From contig JBILGU010000010.1 of assembly GCA_044350805.1 (NCBI GenBank), positions 8,842 to 72,841 of the forward strand: DNA of 64,000 nt, given 5' to 3'. Position numbers and translations under genes: made by a program. Shown piece after piece: positions 53,809-63,679 of this stretch (the stretch's first letter is position 1; the number at the start of each line of letters is the position of its first letter). This stretch comes from Methylococcaceae bacterium. GTDB taxonomy: Bacteria > Pseudomonadota > Gammaproteobacteria > Methylococcales > Methylococcaceae. The notes under the pieces were generated by a model. It was given only the letters and a program-made list of their open reading frames with translations, did no database searches and was not told the origin of the DNA.

Positions 53809-55596
53809 ATGCGAAGCCACCGCTGCGGAGAAGTCACGGAACATCACCTGAATCAGGAGGTTGACCTCTGTGGATGGGTGCACCGTCGCCGCGATCATGG
53901 TGGGGTCATCTTCATCGATTTGAGAGATCGCGAGGGTCTGGTCCAGGTCGTTTTTGATCCGGATTACGCCGAGGCCTTTGCCTTGGCCGAGACGGTTCGA
54001 AGTGAGTACGTTCTGAAAATTCACGGAAAAGTCCGTCCTCGTCCCGCCGGAACCGAGAATGCGAACCTTACGACGGGGCGCATCGAGGTGCTGGCGAACT
54101 CCCTTGAGATCCTGAATCGCTCCGAAACGCCGCCTTTCCCGCTGGAAAGCGAAGTGGAAGTGAGCGAGGAAACCCGTCTTCGTTATCGCTACATCGATCT
54201 TCGCCGCCCGTTGATGCAGCAGCGCATGCGATTGCGCCGTGACATCACCCGTCATCTTCGGAACTTTATGGATGACAACGGGTTTTATGAAATCGAAACC
54301 CCATTCCTGACGAAGGCCACCCCGGAAGGGGCAAGAGACTATCTGGTGCCGAGTCGCACCCATCCGAATCACTTTTTCGCTCTGCCCCAGTCTCCTCAGC
54401 TCTATAAGCAGCTGTTGATGATTTCCGGCATGGATCGGTATTACCAGGTCGTTCGTTGTTTCCGTGACGAAGATCTTCGTGCGGATCGCCAGCCCGAATT
54501 TACGCAGCTGGATATCGAAACCTCGTTCATGGACGAACAGGCCATCACGGATCTCAATGAAGAGATGATTCGTGAACTCTTCAAGAAATCGCTCGGGGTG
54601 GATCTTCCGAATCCGTTCCCGCGCCTGACGTATGCGGAAGCCATGCGTCGGTTTGGTTCCGACAAGCCGGATTTGCGGATCCCGCTTGAGCTGGTCGATG
54701 TGGCCGATCTTCTGAGCGACATCGAGTTCAAGGTCTTCGCAGGCCCTGCCAAGGACCCCAATGGCCGCGTCGTCGCCCTAAGGCTTCCCAATGGTGCAGA
54801 GCTCTCGCGAAAGGAAATCGATGATCTAACCCAGTACGTGAGCATCTATGGTGCCAAGGGGCTGGCTTACATCAAGGTGGCGGATCGTGCCGCCGGCATT
54901 GAAGGACTCCAGTCCCCGATCGTGAAGTTCTTGCCGGAATCGGCCGTGCTCGAAATTCTTGATCGCGTCGGTGCCCAAACCGGTGATCTCGTATTCTTTG
55001 GTGCTGACAAGGCGAAGATCGTCAACGAATCCATGGGTGCGCTGCGTCTCAAGGTCGGCCATGACCGTGGTCTTGCTCAAGGCGAGTGGGCACCGCTCTG
55101 GGTTGTTGATTTCCCCATGTTTGAGTGGGATGAGAAGGACAATCGCTGGTTCGCACTCCACCATCCCTTCACCGCACCCAAGTGCTCGCTGGAAGATCTG
55201 AAGAACGATCCGGGCGCTGCGATTTCACGCGCTTACGACATGGTCCTCAATGGAACGGAAATCGGCGGAGGATCAGTTCGTATCCATCAGACCGAAATGC
55301 AGGATGCCGTCTTCAAGCTTCTCGGCATTGGGGATGAGGAAGCACAACAGAAATTCGGATTCCTGTTGAATGCCCTCAAATACGGTGCGCCGCCCCATGG
55401 GGGCATTGCTTTCGGTATGGATCGATTGGTCATGCTCATGTCCGGTGCGACCTCAATTCGTGAAGTCATGGCCTTCCCCAAAACGCAATCAGCGTGGTGC
55501 CCCATGATTGATGCACCGGCTGAAGTGACTGACCACCAGCTGCGTGAATTGGGTATTCGGTTGAGAAAGCCTACGGAAGCACCCAAGGCCGAATAA
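53809..55596 (+). CDS. aspS: Aspartate--tRNA ligase
   Basis: [63 protein letters not shown]. Confidence 0.97.
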   Translation: MRSHRCGEVTEHHLNQEVDLCGWVHRRRDHGGVIFIDLRDREGLVQVVFDPDYAEAFALAETVRSEYVLKIHGKVRPRPAGTENANLTTGRIEVLANSLEILNRSETPPFPLESEVEVSEETRLRYRYIDLRRPLMQQRMRLRRDITRHLRNFMDDNGFYEIETPFLTKATPEGARDYLVPSRTHPNHFFALPQSPQLYKQLLMISGMDRYYQVVRCFRDEDLRADRQPEFTQLDIETSFMDEQAITDLNEEMIRELFKKSLGVDLPNPFPRLTYAEAMRRFGSDKPDLRIPLELVDVADLLSDIEFKVFAGPAKDPNGRVVALRLPNGAELSRKEIDDLTQYVSIYGAKGLAYIKVADRAAGIEGLQSPIVKFLPESAVLEILDRVGAQTGDLVFFGADKAKIVNESMGALRLKVGHDRGLAQGEWAPLWVVDFPMFEWDEKDNRWFALHHPFTAPKCSLEDLKNDPGAAISRAYDMVLNGTEIGGGSVRIHQTEMQDAVFKLLGIGDEEAQQKFGFLLNALKYGAPPHGGIAFGMDRLVMLMSGATSIREVMAFPKTQSAWCPMIDAPAEVTDHQLRELGIRLRKPTEAPKAE

Positions 55597-55623
55597 GCCA
55601 GCCGAGTCGAGAGATAAAAGAAA

Positions 55624-55659
55624 GGCCCTGTAACCTCGGTTGCAGGGCCTTTTTCTTTT
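55624..55659. terminator. Bidirectional Rho-independent terminator between aspS and sqr
   Basis: GGCCCTGTAACC-tc-GGTTGCAGGGCC (one G-T pair), flanked by AAAAGAAA upstream and TTTTTCTTTT downstream. Confidence 0.8.
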
Positions 55660-55673
55660 GGGAAGAGAAGAGC

Positions 55674-56951
55674 TTAGGCTTTCTTCTTGATGCGGAAGAT
55701 CCCCATCATCTTCAACGTGTACTTCTCATAGCCCGGTTCGCTGATCCCCTTGCGAACTTTGCGCATGAAATACTTTTCGTAGGCAATCTTCGCGAGGTGA
55801 ACCCAGCGACCTTCTGAGGCCCACTGGACATTGCGAGGCGGAATCTGTGGCATGGCCAGGAAGGCAACACCCTTGTCGCCAAAATCGGCAAGGCAGAGGG
55901 CATTCCAGGTCGGATTGTGAGAGGGTTCCTTCCCGTCCAGTTCCTCACGAATGTTGTGTGCCGTTGCAGTGACCATGGATTCGATCATGTAACCGGTTTT
56001 CGGGGTCCCGGTTGGAACCGGAGTTTGTTCGAGAGGGGGAATCGCAATGCACACACCGATCGAATACACGTTCTTGAAGGTGGGATTTCGCTGGTGTTCA
56101 TCGACGATGACAAATCCCCTCGGATTGACCAGGCCTTCGATGCCCATCAGTCCGTCAACGCCCTTGAAAGCGGGCAGCATCATGCTGTGCTTGAAGGGGA
56201 GCTCGTGCTTTTTCTTTTCCTGACCGTTTTCGTCAAATTCGGTCACAAACATCATGCCGGCTTCAATCTTGTCGACTTTGGCGTTGCAGATCCAGTTGAT
56301 GTGCTTGTTGCGAAGCTCTCTTTCGAGCATGCCACGCGTGTCGCCGACCCCCCCAAGACCAAGGTGGCCAATGTAGGGTTCTGAGGTCACATAGGTCATC
56401 TTGACCTTGTCGCGAATTCTTCGTTTTCTGAGATCGGTTTCCGCAATAAAAAGATATTCATAAGCAGGGCCAAAGCACGAAGCCCCTTGAACGGCACCGA
56501 TGATGATCGGACCTGGATCTTTGACGAATCCATCCCAGAACTGGCCTGATTCGCCGGCATGATCGACATGGCAGACGGATTGTGTGTGGCCATCCGGACC
56601 AAGACCTGGAATTTCCTCAAAGGCCAGTTTGGGACCCGTCGCAATGATCAGGTAGTCGTAGTCAACGTGGCTGCCATCGGCCAGTTCCAGCTTGTTTTCT
56701 GCAGGCTTGAATTTGACTACCTTGTTTTGAATGAAGGTGATCTTCTTTTTCTTAAGGACGGGAGCAAGCTCCACTTTGATGTCCGAGGGCTTGCGCCAGT
56801 TGACGGCGACCCAGGGGTTTGACGGCACAAAGTGAAAGGTCGGGGTGTCGGCAATAACGACAACCTCATCCTCCTTGCGCGCATTTTCCTTCATTTCAAA
56901 AGCCATCGGGATACCGCCAATGCCGGCCCCGACGATTACGATTTTAGCCAT
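55674..56951 (-). CDS. sqr: Sulfide:quinone oxidoreductase, type I
   Basis: IVIVGAGIGGIPMAFEMKE FAD fold. High collinear similarity to the Acidithiobacillus ferrooxidans SQR sequence as I recall it. All three catalytic Cys contexts are present (QSVCHVDHA, GASCFGPAYEY, NALCLADFG). Confidence 0.9.
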   Translation of the reverse strand: MAKIVIVGAGIGGIPMAFEMKENARKEDEVVVIADTPTFHFVPSNPWVAVNWRKPSDIKVELAPVLKKKKITFIQNKVVKFKPAENKLELADGSHVDYDYLIIATGPKLAFEEIPGLGPDGHTQSVCHVDHAGESGQFWDGFVKDPGPIIIGAVQGASCFGPAYEYLFIAETDLRKRRIRDKVKMTYVTSEPYIGHLGLGGVGDTRGMLERELRNKHINWICNAKVDKIEAGMMFVTEFDENGQEKKKHELPFKHSMMLPAFKGVDGLMGIEGLVNPRGFVIVDEHQRNPTFKNVYSIGVCIAIPPLEQTPVPTGTPKTGYMIESMVTATAHNIREELDGKEPSHNPTWNALCLADFGDKGVAFLAMPQIPPRNVQWASEGRWVHLAKIAYEKYFMRKVRKGISEPGYEKYTLKMMGIFRIKKKA

Positions 56952-56994
56952 CTGCTTTTTCTCCGGGATGTGGGCTATAGACCCATTTTTTTGT

Positions 56995-57222
56995 TTATGA
57001 ACAACGCGTGGTGCTGCAATTCGACTTCACGCCCAGCTTCTTCAAAATCATTTCCAATGGGCAAAACTGGGTAAAACCGCTTTGGAAAAGGTTTGCCCCG
57101 ACGAAAGCGGTGAACCAGAGCCAGTTCTGGCTCTGGAACATGGGGCTTTCAGGCAGGCCAAGGCCAAGTGACAAAAGGACAAAGGTTCCTGCGACAATGC
57201 GGATGATGCGTTCTAAGGTCAT
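56995..57222 (-). CDS. DUF2892 (YgaP-type two-TM) membrane protein
   Basis: ERIIRIVAGTFVLLSLGLG...WLWFTAFVGANLFQSGFTQFCPLEMILKKLG is the DUF2892 pattern. AGGAG lies 5 nt before the ATG. Confidence 0.85.
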   Translation of the reverse strand: MTLERIIRIVAGTFVLLSLGLGLPESPMFQSQNWLWFTAFVGANLFQSGFTQFCPLEMILKKLGVKSNCSTTRCS

Positions 57223-57249
57223 CTCAACTCCTGTGCTCCGAAGCGCTAA

Positions 57250-60200
57250 CTAAGGGGTGGCCTGTTCCCGGTTGATCAGGAAATAGACCAAGGGAACGAC
57301 GTAAAGGGAAAAGGCGGTCGAGGCGAAGATGCCAAAGATGAAGCTCCAGGCGAGCCCGGAAAAAATAGGATCCAGCGTGATGATGAACGAGCCGAAAAGG
57401 GCCGCGCCTGCCGTTAGAAAGATAGGCCGCATTCGTGTGGCTCCCGCCTCAATAAGTGCATCGGCCAGGGGAACGCCCTGTTGTCTGAGTCGTTCAATAA
57501 AATCAATCAGGATGATGGAGTTCCTGACCACAATGCCGGCGAGCGCAATCATGCCGATCATGGCAGTCGCAGTGAACAGGATGGGATTGTCGATGCCGGC
57601 CACTGGATGAGTGAAGAACAGATTCAGGATCCAGAATCCCGGCATGATGCCAATCACGGTCAGCGGTATGGCAACCATGATGATCAAGGGCATCCCCAAG
57701 GAGCCGGTTTGTGCGACCAAGAGAACGTAGATCATGAGAAGCGCGGCGCCAAAGGCGAGGCCAAGATCCCGAAAGACATCGACGGTGATTTTCCATTCAC
57801 CTTCCCCAGCAAGGTCAACTGAATAGCCTTCGGGCAGAGGGTTCTTGTCACGAATCTTGCCCCAGTCCAGAACGGCCTCAACCGGTTCGCGACCCACCAT
57901 TTCAGCAATGACGTAGTTCAGGCGTCTGAGGTTCTTGTGATAGATCGTGAGATCGGCAGCCTCAGTGTCAATCAAGCCCAGTTCGCGGATCGGAACCAGA
58001 TGGCCATCTTTTGAACGAACACGAAGCGACTGGAGTTCCTCGATATTGGATCGGTCAGCCCGGCTAAGCTGCAGCCGAATACCTAAGGGCTGACGCTCGC
58101 CTTGTGCGTGAACAATGCCGGCATCGACCCCGCCAAGGGCGGAGGAGAGGGCATCTGCAATATTTTCGCCTGTTACCCCCAATAGGGATGCCTTTGCCCG
58201 GTCGACTTTGAAATGGAGAACCTTTTGAGGTTCATCGACATAGTCATCCACATCAACCAATCCATTGATCGTAGCGATTTGTTCCCTGGCCTTTTGTGTG
58301 ACTTCACCCAATGTGGCGTAGGGTGCATCCAATGGCCCATAGACTTCAGCCACAAAGGTTGAAAGGACAGGGGGGCCCGGCGGGCTTTCGACAATTTTGA
58401 CGTTGGCGCCATGTTCGCGGCCGATGCGTTCAATGTCGGCGCGAATTCTCAGAGCGATTTCATGAGATTGTTGGGAGCGCTCTTCCTTTGGGAGAAGGTT
58501 GATCCGGATATCCCCTTGATGCGCCTCCTTGCGAAGGTAGTAGTGTCTGACCATGCCGTTGAAATCCATCGGCGATCCTGTACCGATATAAGTTTCAAAG
58601 TCGGTGACTTCATTGACGCGAGAAAGATAGCTTTCAAGATCCACTGCGGTGGCATCGGTTTGTTCCAGTGAACTGCCTCTGGGCATGTCGATGACGATCT
58701 GAAGCTCATTCTTATTGTCAAAAGGTAATAACTTGAGGGGGACAATCCGAAAGACGGCCAAGAGGGCAGAGACAACAAATGCCAGAAGAACCCAGAGCAG
58801 GAAATTTCTGGCTTTTCCGGGAACCACCAGCATGGGTCTGAGCGTTTTTTCATAGAAGATCCAGAGTGCAGATGCCCGTGGATCCTCAAGCTCCCCCTTG
58901 CCGTATTCGCTTTTAAGAATGTGGAAGGTGGCCCAGGGCGTAACAGTAAAGGCAACCAAAAGCGACATGAGCATTGCGACGGGAACATTGAAGGCCATGG
59001 GTGCCATATAGGGACCCATCATGCCGCTGATATAGAACATCGGCAGGAAAGAGACGATGACTGTGAAGGTTGCAAAAATTGTTGGGGGTCGGACTTCCTC
59101 AATCGCACTCAGTGCGGCATCCAGCGGCGGTTCCTTTCGAAGTTGAAAGTGTCGAAAGATGTTTTCCACATCGACAATCGGATCATCGACCAGAAGTCCC
59201 AATGACAGGATGAGAGCAAACAGGGTCACTCGGTTGATCGTGTAGCCAAAAACCAGATCACAAAGCAGGGTTACGCCCAGGGTCATGGGAACGGCGAGAG
59301 CAACGATAAAGGCTTCTTTTGGACCCAGGGCAAAAGCCAGCAAGATGACAATCGTGACTATCGCGATCATCAGATGTTTCACCAGTTCATTGACCTTGTG
59401 GTTGGCCGTCTCACCATTGTCCCGGGTGATGATCACATCGACCTCTTCTGGAATAAGGGTGTGCTGAAGTGATCTGATGGTTTCAATGAGTTGCTCTGCG
59501 ACCTCAACGGCATTTGAACCTTTTCGTTTTGCAATACCGATGGTCACTGCCTCACGACTTTCTCCCTGATGAGCGAAATCTCCGGTTGAGCTTTCTGCTC
59601 CAATGGTCTTGCTGTGTTCTGCCTGTGGTCCAAATCCGATGCGAGTATAGGTTTCCGCCTCCTGATCACCATCGTTGATGCGGGCAATATCACGCAGGAA
59701 GACCGTTCGGCCATTGAGCGCTCGGATCGGCGTCATCTCAACGTCCTCAGGGCGCTCAAAGGCAGGGCCAGCATCCAGTCTGACGCTCTGGTTATTCTGC
59801 TCGAAACGCCCCGCCTGAAGATTGACATTGGCTGCCTTTAGTGCGCCCAGAAGGTCATTCATCGTCAGATTGAACGAAGCAAGGCGGGATGCGTCCGGAT
59901 AGATCATGAGTCGACGCTGTTGGCCTCCAACGATGACAATGCGCCCAGCATCAGGAATCAGCGCTAACTTGTCTTTCATTTCATCGGCGAGGCGGCGCAA
60001 GCTCGCATGGTCTTGATGACCGCTCGATGAGGAAAGTGTCAGGTTCACAATGGGGACATCATCGATTTCGACGGGTTTGACAGACCAGCCAGAAACAATC
60101 GTCGGAATGCGGTCCTGATTCGACATCAGCTTGTTCCAGACCTTGACGAGGCTATCTTCGCGGTCCTCACCGACGAAGAAGCGAACCGTCACGAGAGCTT

Positions 60201-60498
60201 CGTTTTCCCTTGATGCAGAATAGACATACTCCACCCCATCGATCTCTTTGAGCAATGATTCAAGCGGGGTTGAAACCAGTTTTTCGACTTCTTCTGCAGA
60301 TGATCCTGGAGCAGAGATGAGGACGTCTGCGACAGGGACGACAATCTGTGGTTCCTCTTCACGCGGCGTCAGGGCGAGAGCAGCGAACCCTGCAATAAAA
60401 GAAGCAATGAGAAATAAAAGCGAAAGCCTCGAGGTGATGAATAGCTCGACGATGCGGCTGGTCACGCCTCTTTGTTTTTCTGGGGCCTGACTCGCCAT
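57250..60498 (-). CDS. RND efflux transporter permease (AcrB/HAE-like)
   Basis: 1082 aa with two 6-TM bundles and large periplasmic loops. The TM4 block LSLGLLVDDPIVDVENI is of the HAE (GLLVDD) type rather than the heavy-metal (DFGIIVD) type. Confidence 0.93.
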   Translation of the reverse strand: MASQAPEKQRGVTSRIVELFITSRLSLLFLIASFIAGFAALALTPREEEPQIVVPVADVLISAPGSSAEEVEKLVSTPLESLLKEIDGVEYVYSASRENEALVTVRFFVGEDREDSLVKVWNKLMSNQDRIPTIVSGWSVKPVEIDDVPIVNLTLSSSSGHQDHASLRRLADEMKDKLALIPDAGRIVIVGGQQRRLMIYPDASRLASFNLTMNDLLGALKAANVNLQAGRFEQNNQSVRLDAGPAFERPEDVEMTPIRALNGRTVFLRDIARINDGDQEAETYTRIGFGPQAEHSKTIGAESSTGDFAHQGESREAVTIGIAKRKGSNAVEVAEQLIETIRSLQHTLIPEEVDVIITRDNGETANHKVNELVKHLMIAIVTIVILLAFALGPKEAFIVALAVPMTLGVTLLCDLVFGYTINRVTLFALILSLGLLVDDPIVDVENIFRHFQLRKEPPLDAALSAIEEVRPPTIFATFTVIVSFLPMFYISGMMGPYMAPMAFNVPVAMLMSLLVAFTVTPWATFHILKSEYGKGELEDPRASALWIFYEKTLRPMLVVPGKARNFLLWVLLAFVVSALLAVFRIVPLKLLPFDNKNELQIVIDMPRGSSLEQTDATAVDLESYLSRVNEVTDFETYIGTGSPMDFNGMVRHYYLRKEAHQGDIRINLLPKEERSQQSHEIALRIRADIERIGREHGANVKIVESPPGPPVLSTFVAEVYGPLDAPYATLGEVTQKAREQIATINGLVDVDDYVDEPQKVLHFKVDRAKASLLGVTGENIADALSSALGGVDAGIVHAQGERQPLGIRLQLSRADRSNIEELQSLRVRSKDGHLVPIRELGLIDTEAADLTIYHKNLRRLNYVIAEMVGREPVEAVLDWGKIRDKNPLPEGYSVDLAGEGEWKITVDVFRDLGLAFGAALLMIYVLLVAQTGSLGMPLIIMVAIPLTVIGIMPGFWILNLFFTHPVAGIDNPILFTATAMIGMIALAGIVVRNSIILIDFIERLRQQGVPLADALIEAGATRMRPIFLTAGAALFGSFIITLDPIFSGLAWSFIFGIFASTAFSLYVVPLVYFLINREQATP

Positions 60499-61574
60499 CA
60501 GTGGGCTCCAAGGACAAGCAGGTCCCCTTCATTCAGTCCAGAGAGGATTTCGATGTGGTCACCGAAACTGCGACCTGTTCTGATGTGGCGGAGACGAGGC
60601 TGGCCATTGATCAGAATGGTCACGCTCTCAATTTGTCCAATGTGCTTGATGGTATGACGAGGAATCAGCATCAACGACTCGGACCCGCAGGACTGTTCCA
60701 GCCAAACGAAGCTGCCAGGGACCAGGTTAAAGTCGGTGATGCCCTGAAGTCGCGCCTTGATCCTTTGCGTCTGCGTTTCGCGGTCACTGGATGGCTCCTT
60801 CTCCTCCACGACGGCGGTCAGCGCCTGCGCCATCTTCTGAGTTTTGGCCGTAATCGTGTCCCCGACCTGAATCGCTTGGGCACAGCTCGAGGGGAGGCTG
60901 GCCTCAATGCGAAGGATGGGCAACTGGAGAAAGGCAAGGACGGCTTGCCCGGGCAGAACCATATCTCCAGGTTCCTGAAGTCGACGTTCGATGATGCCGT
61001 CATAAGGGGCGCTCAGGATCGATTCGGCGAGCTGGGATTCCATCTGAACGGAAGCAGCTTTTGCCTCTTGAACACGGGAGTGGCTTTGGCGTTCCTCCGC
61101 GATGGCGGCATCCAGCGCCTGTCGCGTCGCGGCTTCTTTGAGAAAAAGATTCCTGATACGCGCGGCATCGGCATTGGCGCGAGATGCGCCTGCTTCGGCT
61201 GCAGCCAGTTGGGCCTTGGCTTGGGTAAGGCGTGCGGCAAATTCTGAGTTTTCAAAGCGCACCAAGGGCTGCCCTCGAGTGACCTTGGACCCCGTAGTTA
61301 CCGGGATTTCCAGAATGCGTCCCGGGAATTTTGGGGCGATCTGGATCGTTTTGAGTGGTTCAATCCTTGCGGGCCAAGATGTTGGCCCTTCGGTAGATTG
61401 TCGAGAGACTGCAAGAGTCTCAAATCCTTTGGTAGTGAGAGATTCGGTTTGTGATCCCGGTGGCGTTTTTGATACGAAACCACCCTCGATCCACATCAGG
61501 AATATGACAAGCGCAAGACTGATCCCTCCGAACAACTTGAGCTTAGGAATGGCGATATCCGTTGAATGCGACAT
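60498..61574 (-). CDS. RND periplasmic adaptor (membrane fusion protein)
   Basis: N-terminal TM/signal, lipoyl-type hairpin (GRILEIPVTTGSKVTRGQPLVRFE), an alpha-hairpin rich in A/Q/E, and beta-barrel C-terminal domains. Its stop overlaps the RND gene start by 1 nt. Confidence 0.9.
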   Translation of the reverse strand: MSHSTDIAIPKLKLFGGISLALVIFLMWIEGGFVSKTPPGSQTESLTTKGFETLAVSRQSTEGPTSWPARIEPLKTIQIAPKFPGRILEIPVTTGSKVTRGQPLVRFENSEFAARLTQAKAQLAAAEAGASRANADAARIRNLFLKEAATRQALDAAIAEERQSHSRVQEAKAASVQMESQLAESILSAPYDGIIERRLQEPGDMVLPGQAVLAFLQLPILRIEASLPSSCAQAIQVGDTITAKTQKMAQALTAVVEEKEPSSDRETQTQRIKARLQGITDFNLVPGSFVWLEQSCGSESLMLIPRHTIKHIGQIESVTILINGQPRLRHIRTGRSFGDHIEILSGLNEGDLLVLGAH

Positions 61575-61600
61575 GGAAAGGGGCCTCGGTTCAGTGGATT

Positions 61601-61861
61601 TCAGAGGGATATCGTTGATGACATGGCCAACCTGACATTCGGTCTGGACAGCGATGGGATACGGAGGTTTTCCGGTAAGGCACGGCCGACCCGCATGACT
61701 CCGATGTGGTCATCAGCGATGAAACACGCCAATTGCCATCCGATGCCAAATAGGGCGATGGAGTGAAAAACGTTCACCGGGATGCCGCCCAAATGCTGGA
61801 CCGATTTCAAACGGCGATGCATCAAGCCAATCCAGTTTTCCTGATTCTTCCAGTCGCTCAT
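61601..61861 (-). CDS. Hypothetical 86-aa protein wedged between tolC and the MFP gene
   Basis: The start ATG overlaps the tolC stop (ATGA, 61858-61861). One hydrophobic stretch (VNVFHSIALFGIGWQLACFIA). No family recognised. Confidence 0.35.
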   Translation of the reverse strand: MSDWKNQENWIGLMHRRLKSVQHLGGIPVNVFHSIALFGIGWQLACFIADDHIGVMRVGRALPENLRIPSLSRPNVRLAMSSTISL

Positions 61862-63222
61862 CGCCAGTGTCCTTGCGCTTGCAGCAGTTGGGCTTCTGCA
61901 AGCTGAGTCTCGAACTTTGAGACGATCTGTCTCATTTGTGCTGTGGCGCGGTCGGTCTCTGCCTCAAGGTAGCGGGTGACGGTGGCTGTCCCACCGTGGT
62001 ACTGCTCACTGACCAGTCGCAGTGCCTCATCCGCAGCAATCGCCGCAGCTTCAGCCACTTTGAGACGCTCTATAGCCTGTTCGAAGGTGGAATGGGTCTG
62101 GCGAACTTCGTTTTCGACTTCAAGACGGGCCTTTTGCTCGACCGCCTGCGCCTCAACGAGACGCCGCTCTGCGCCGGAAATTTGAGCGCTGGTCGCCCCG
62201 CCGGCATAGATATCGAATTCGGCATTGATGCCGAGACTGGCGTTTCCCTGATAGGTATTGGCATCGAGGGTGCGACTGTTAGAGCCGTAGGATGCATAAG
62301 CGTTAACCCTGGGCAGCATGCCTCCTTTTGCGGCATCCAGTTCGTGCTGGCGAATCTGGACCTGATGGTTTGCTGCCTCAATTTCCGGGCGATGACTATA
62401 GGCTACGTCCAGCGCATCGTTCAGTGTGCTGACGATCTTAGGGGTAGGGACATCATGATCGATGACCTCGGGCAGCTCTTTTTGCTGTTCCCCCAGAAGT
62501 GCCTTGAGGGCCGCTTTGGATAGCGTAATGTTGTTACGAGCCTGAAGTTCCGATTCCTTGGATGCTTTCTCCCTGACTTCCAGAGACAGAACATCTCCGC
62601 GAAGGGCGGTTCCCTCGGCCACCTTTTCCCGGGTCAAGTCGACTTCTTTGGCAATGGTATGGACAGATTTTTGGGCGACTTCAAACTGTTTGGGTGCTGA
62701 GATCACCGCATAGTAGGCCGAGGTCACGGCCGCTGCGAGCCGATTTCTGAGCGCTGCGTGCTCGAGTTCTGAGGCTTTGACACCAAGTTCGGCAGCTTGT
62801 TTAAGGTAATCGTCTTGGCCGCCGCGATAGAGGTTGATGGTTCCAATGACTTCCGGGCGGAAATTCGAAACAAACCCCGGATTATTGATGCTTGAAAGAT
62901 CGGCGCTGTTAAAGCGGCGCTGCGCAACAATGTAGGAGAAGGCGAGGGCAGGATTGTTGCTGTAGTCATAGCCGACCCGGCTAGTCAGTTTCGGATAGAA
63001 GCCAGAGGCAACCTCCGCGACTTTGGCCTCAGCCTGGCCGATGCGGGCCTCTGCGGCGGTCAGATCCGGATTCTGGGCAAATGCCAAGTCAATCGCCTCA
63101 ATAAGCGTCAGGCGAGCCGGATTTTTAGCTGGCTTCGCTTCAGTTTGGCCAGCAGCCGTTGTTGTAACGATAGCCAGGCTGAATGCTGCCAAGATAAGAT
63201 TAAGAAATCGTTGTTTTTTCAT
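61858..63222 (-). CDS. TolC-family outer membrane efflux protein
   Basis: Signal peptide (LAIVTTTAAGQ), with two OEP repeats carrying the characteristic coiled-coil A/Q/E/L periodicity. 454 aa. Confidence 0.9.
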   Translation of the reverse strand: MKKQRFLNLILAAFSLAIVTTTAAGQTEAKPAKNPARLTLIEAIDLAFAQNPDLTAAEARIGQAEAKVAEVASGFYPKLTSRVGYDYSNNPALAFSYIVAQRRFNSADLSSINNPGFVSNFRPEVIGTINLYRGGQDDYLKQAAELGVKASELEHAALRNRLAAAVTSAYYAVISAPKQFEVAQKSVHTIAKEVDLTREKVAEGTALRGDVLSLEVREKASKESELQARNNITLSKAALKALLGEQQKELPEVIDHDVPTPKIVSTLNDALDVAYSHRPEIEAANHQVQIRQHELDAAKGGMLPRVNAYASYGSNSRTLDANTYQGNASLGINAEFDIYAGGATSAQISGAERRLVEAQAVEQKARLEVENEVRQTHSTFEQAIERLKVAEAAAIAADEALRLVSEQYHGGTATVTRYLEAETDRATAQMRQIVSKFETQLAEAQLLQAQGHWR

Positions 63223-63257
63223 GATGGGGCCGGGCTAGCGGGTCGCTTCACCATATA

Positions 63258-63279
63258 TTAGAAAACAATTATATTCTAA
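63258..63279. promoter_or_regulatory. Inverted repeat TTAGAA-N10-TTCTAA in the tolC/cyd divergent region
   Basis: Perfect 6-bp arms read directly (63258-63 and 63274-79), 36 nt upstream of the tolC start. Confidence 0.25.
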
Positions 63280-63283
63280 AACT

Positions 63284-63298
63284 ATTCCCTTTGGGAAT
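63284..63298. promoter_or_regulatory. Perfect palindrome ATTCCC-TTT-GGGAAT (ATTC-N7-GAAT)
   Basis: Read directly. It sits between the divergent tolC-RND-sqr and cyd genes. Confidence 0.3.
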
Positions 63299-63487
63299 GG
63301 TTCTGGCTGGTCATTGTATGTCTTGGTTCTATGTTGCTCCAATGCGGCAAGGGTAGCCGACGTATTTCTCAACACGAATCTCAAAATGAGCTAAATCCCT
63401 TTCAAAAATTGCGGTAAATTGTCCAAGACATCCTAAGTAAATTAGAAAAAGCTTATACTTCTGTTCCCTATCAGGTTGGCCACCCCC

Positions 63488-63679
63488 ATGAAAGACACTT
63501 TCAGGCTTGAGATCTCGGCGGTTCTGATGATCAAAATCGCACTACTTACCGCGCTTTGGTTTGTTGTGTTTCGCCCGGAAGGAAAAAAGCCGGAGCCTCA
63601 GGCCCCCGTTGCTGAGCATTTTCTTTTGCCCTCACTCCCTAACGTTAAAGATCCCGAGGAGAAAACCCATGACCGGTGA
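63488..63679 (+). CDS. Small membrane protein upstream of cydA (CydP-like)
   Basis: [28 protein letters not shown]...: a single TM helix. The ORF overlaps the cydA start by 11 nt. TTG 63476 is the alternative start. Confidence 0.55.
   Translation: MKDTFRLEISAVLMIKIALLTALWFVVFRPEGKKPEPQAPVAEHFLLPSLPNVKDPEEKTHDR

Noticed and set aside
53788-54372. 194-aa minus-strand ORF
   Set aside because: Antisense to aspS.
56952-56994. GGGC-tata-GACCC followed by T7 on the + strand, between DUF2892 and sqr
   Set aside because: The stem is only about 3-4 bp, and the U-run is on the wrong strand for the minus-strand operon, so it is not a terminator separating DUF2892 from sqr.
60501-61247. 248-aa + strand ORF (also 61102-61635 and 61936-62523)
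   Set aside because: Antisense to the MFP and tolC genes. High-GC shadow ORFs.
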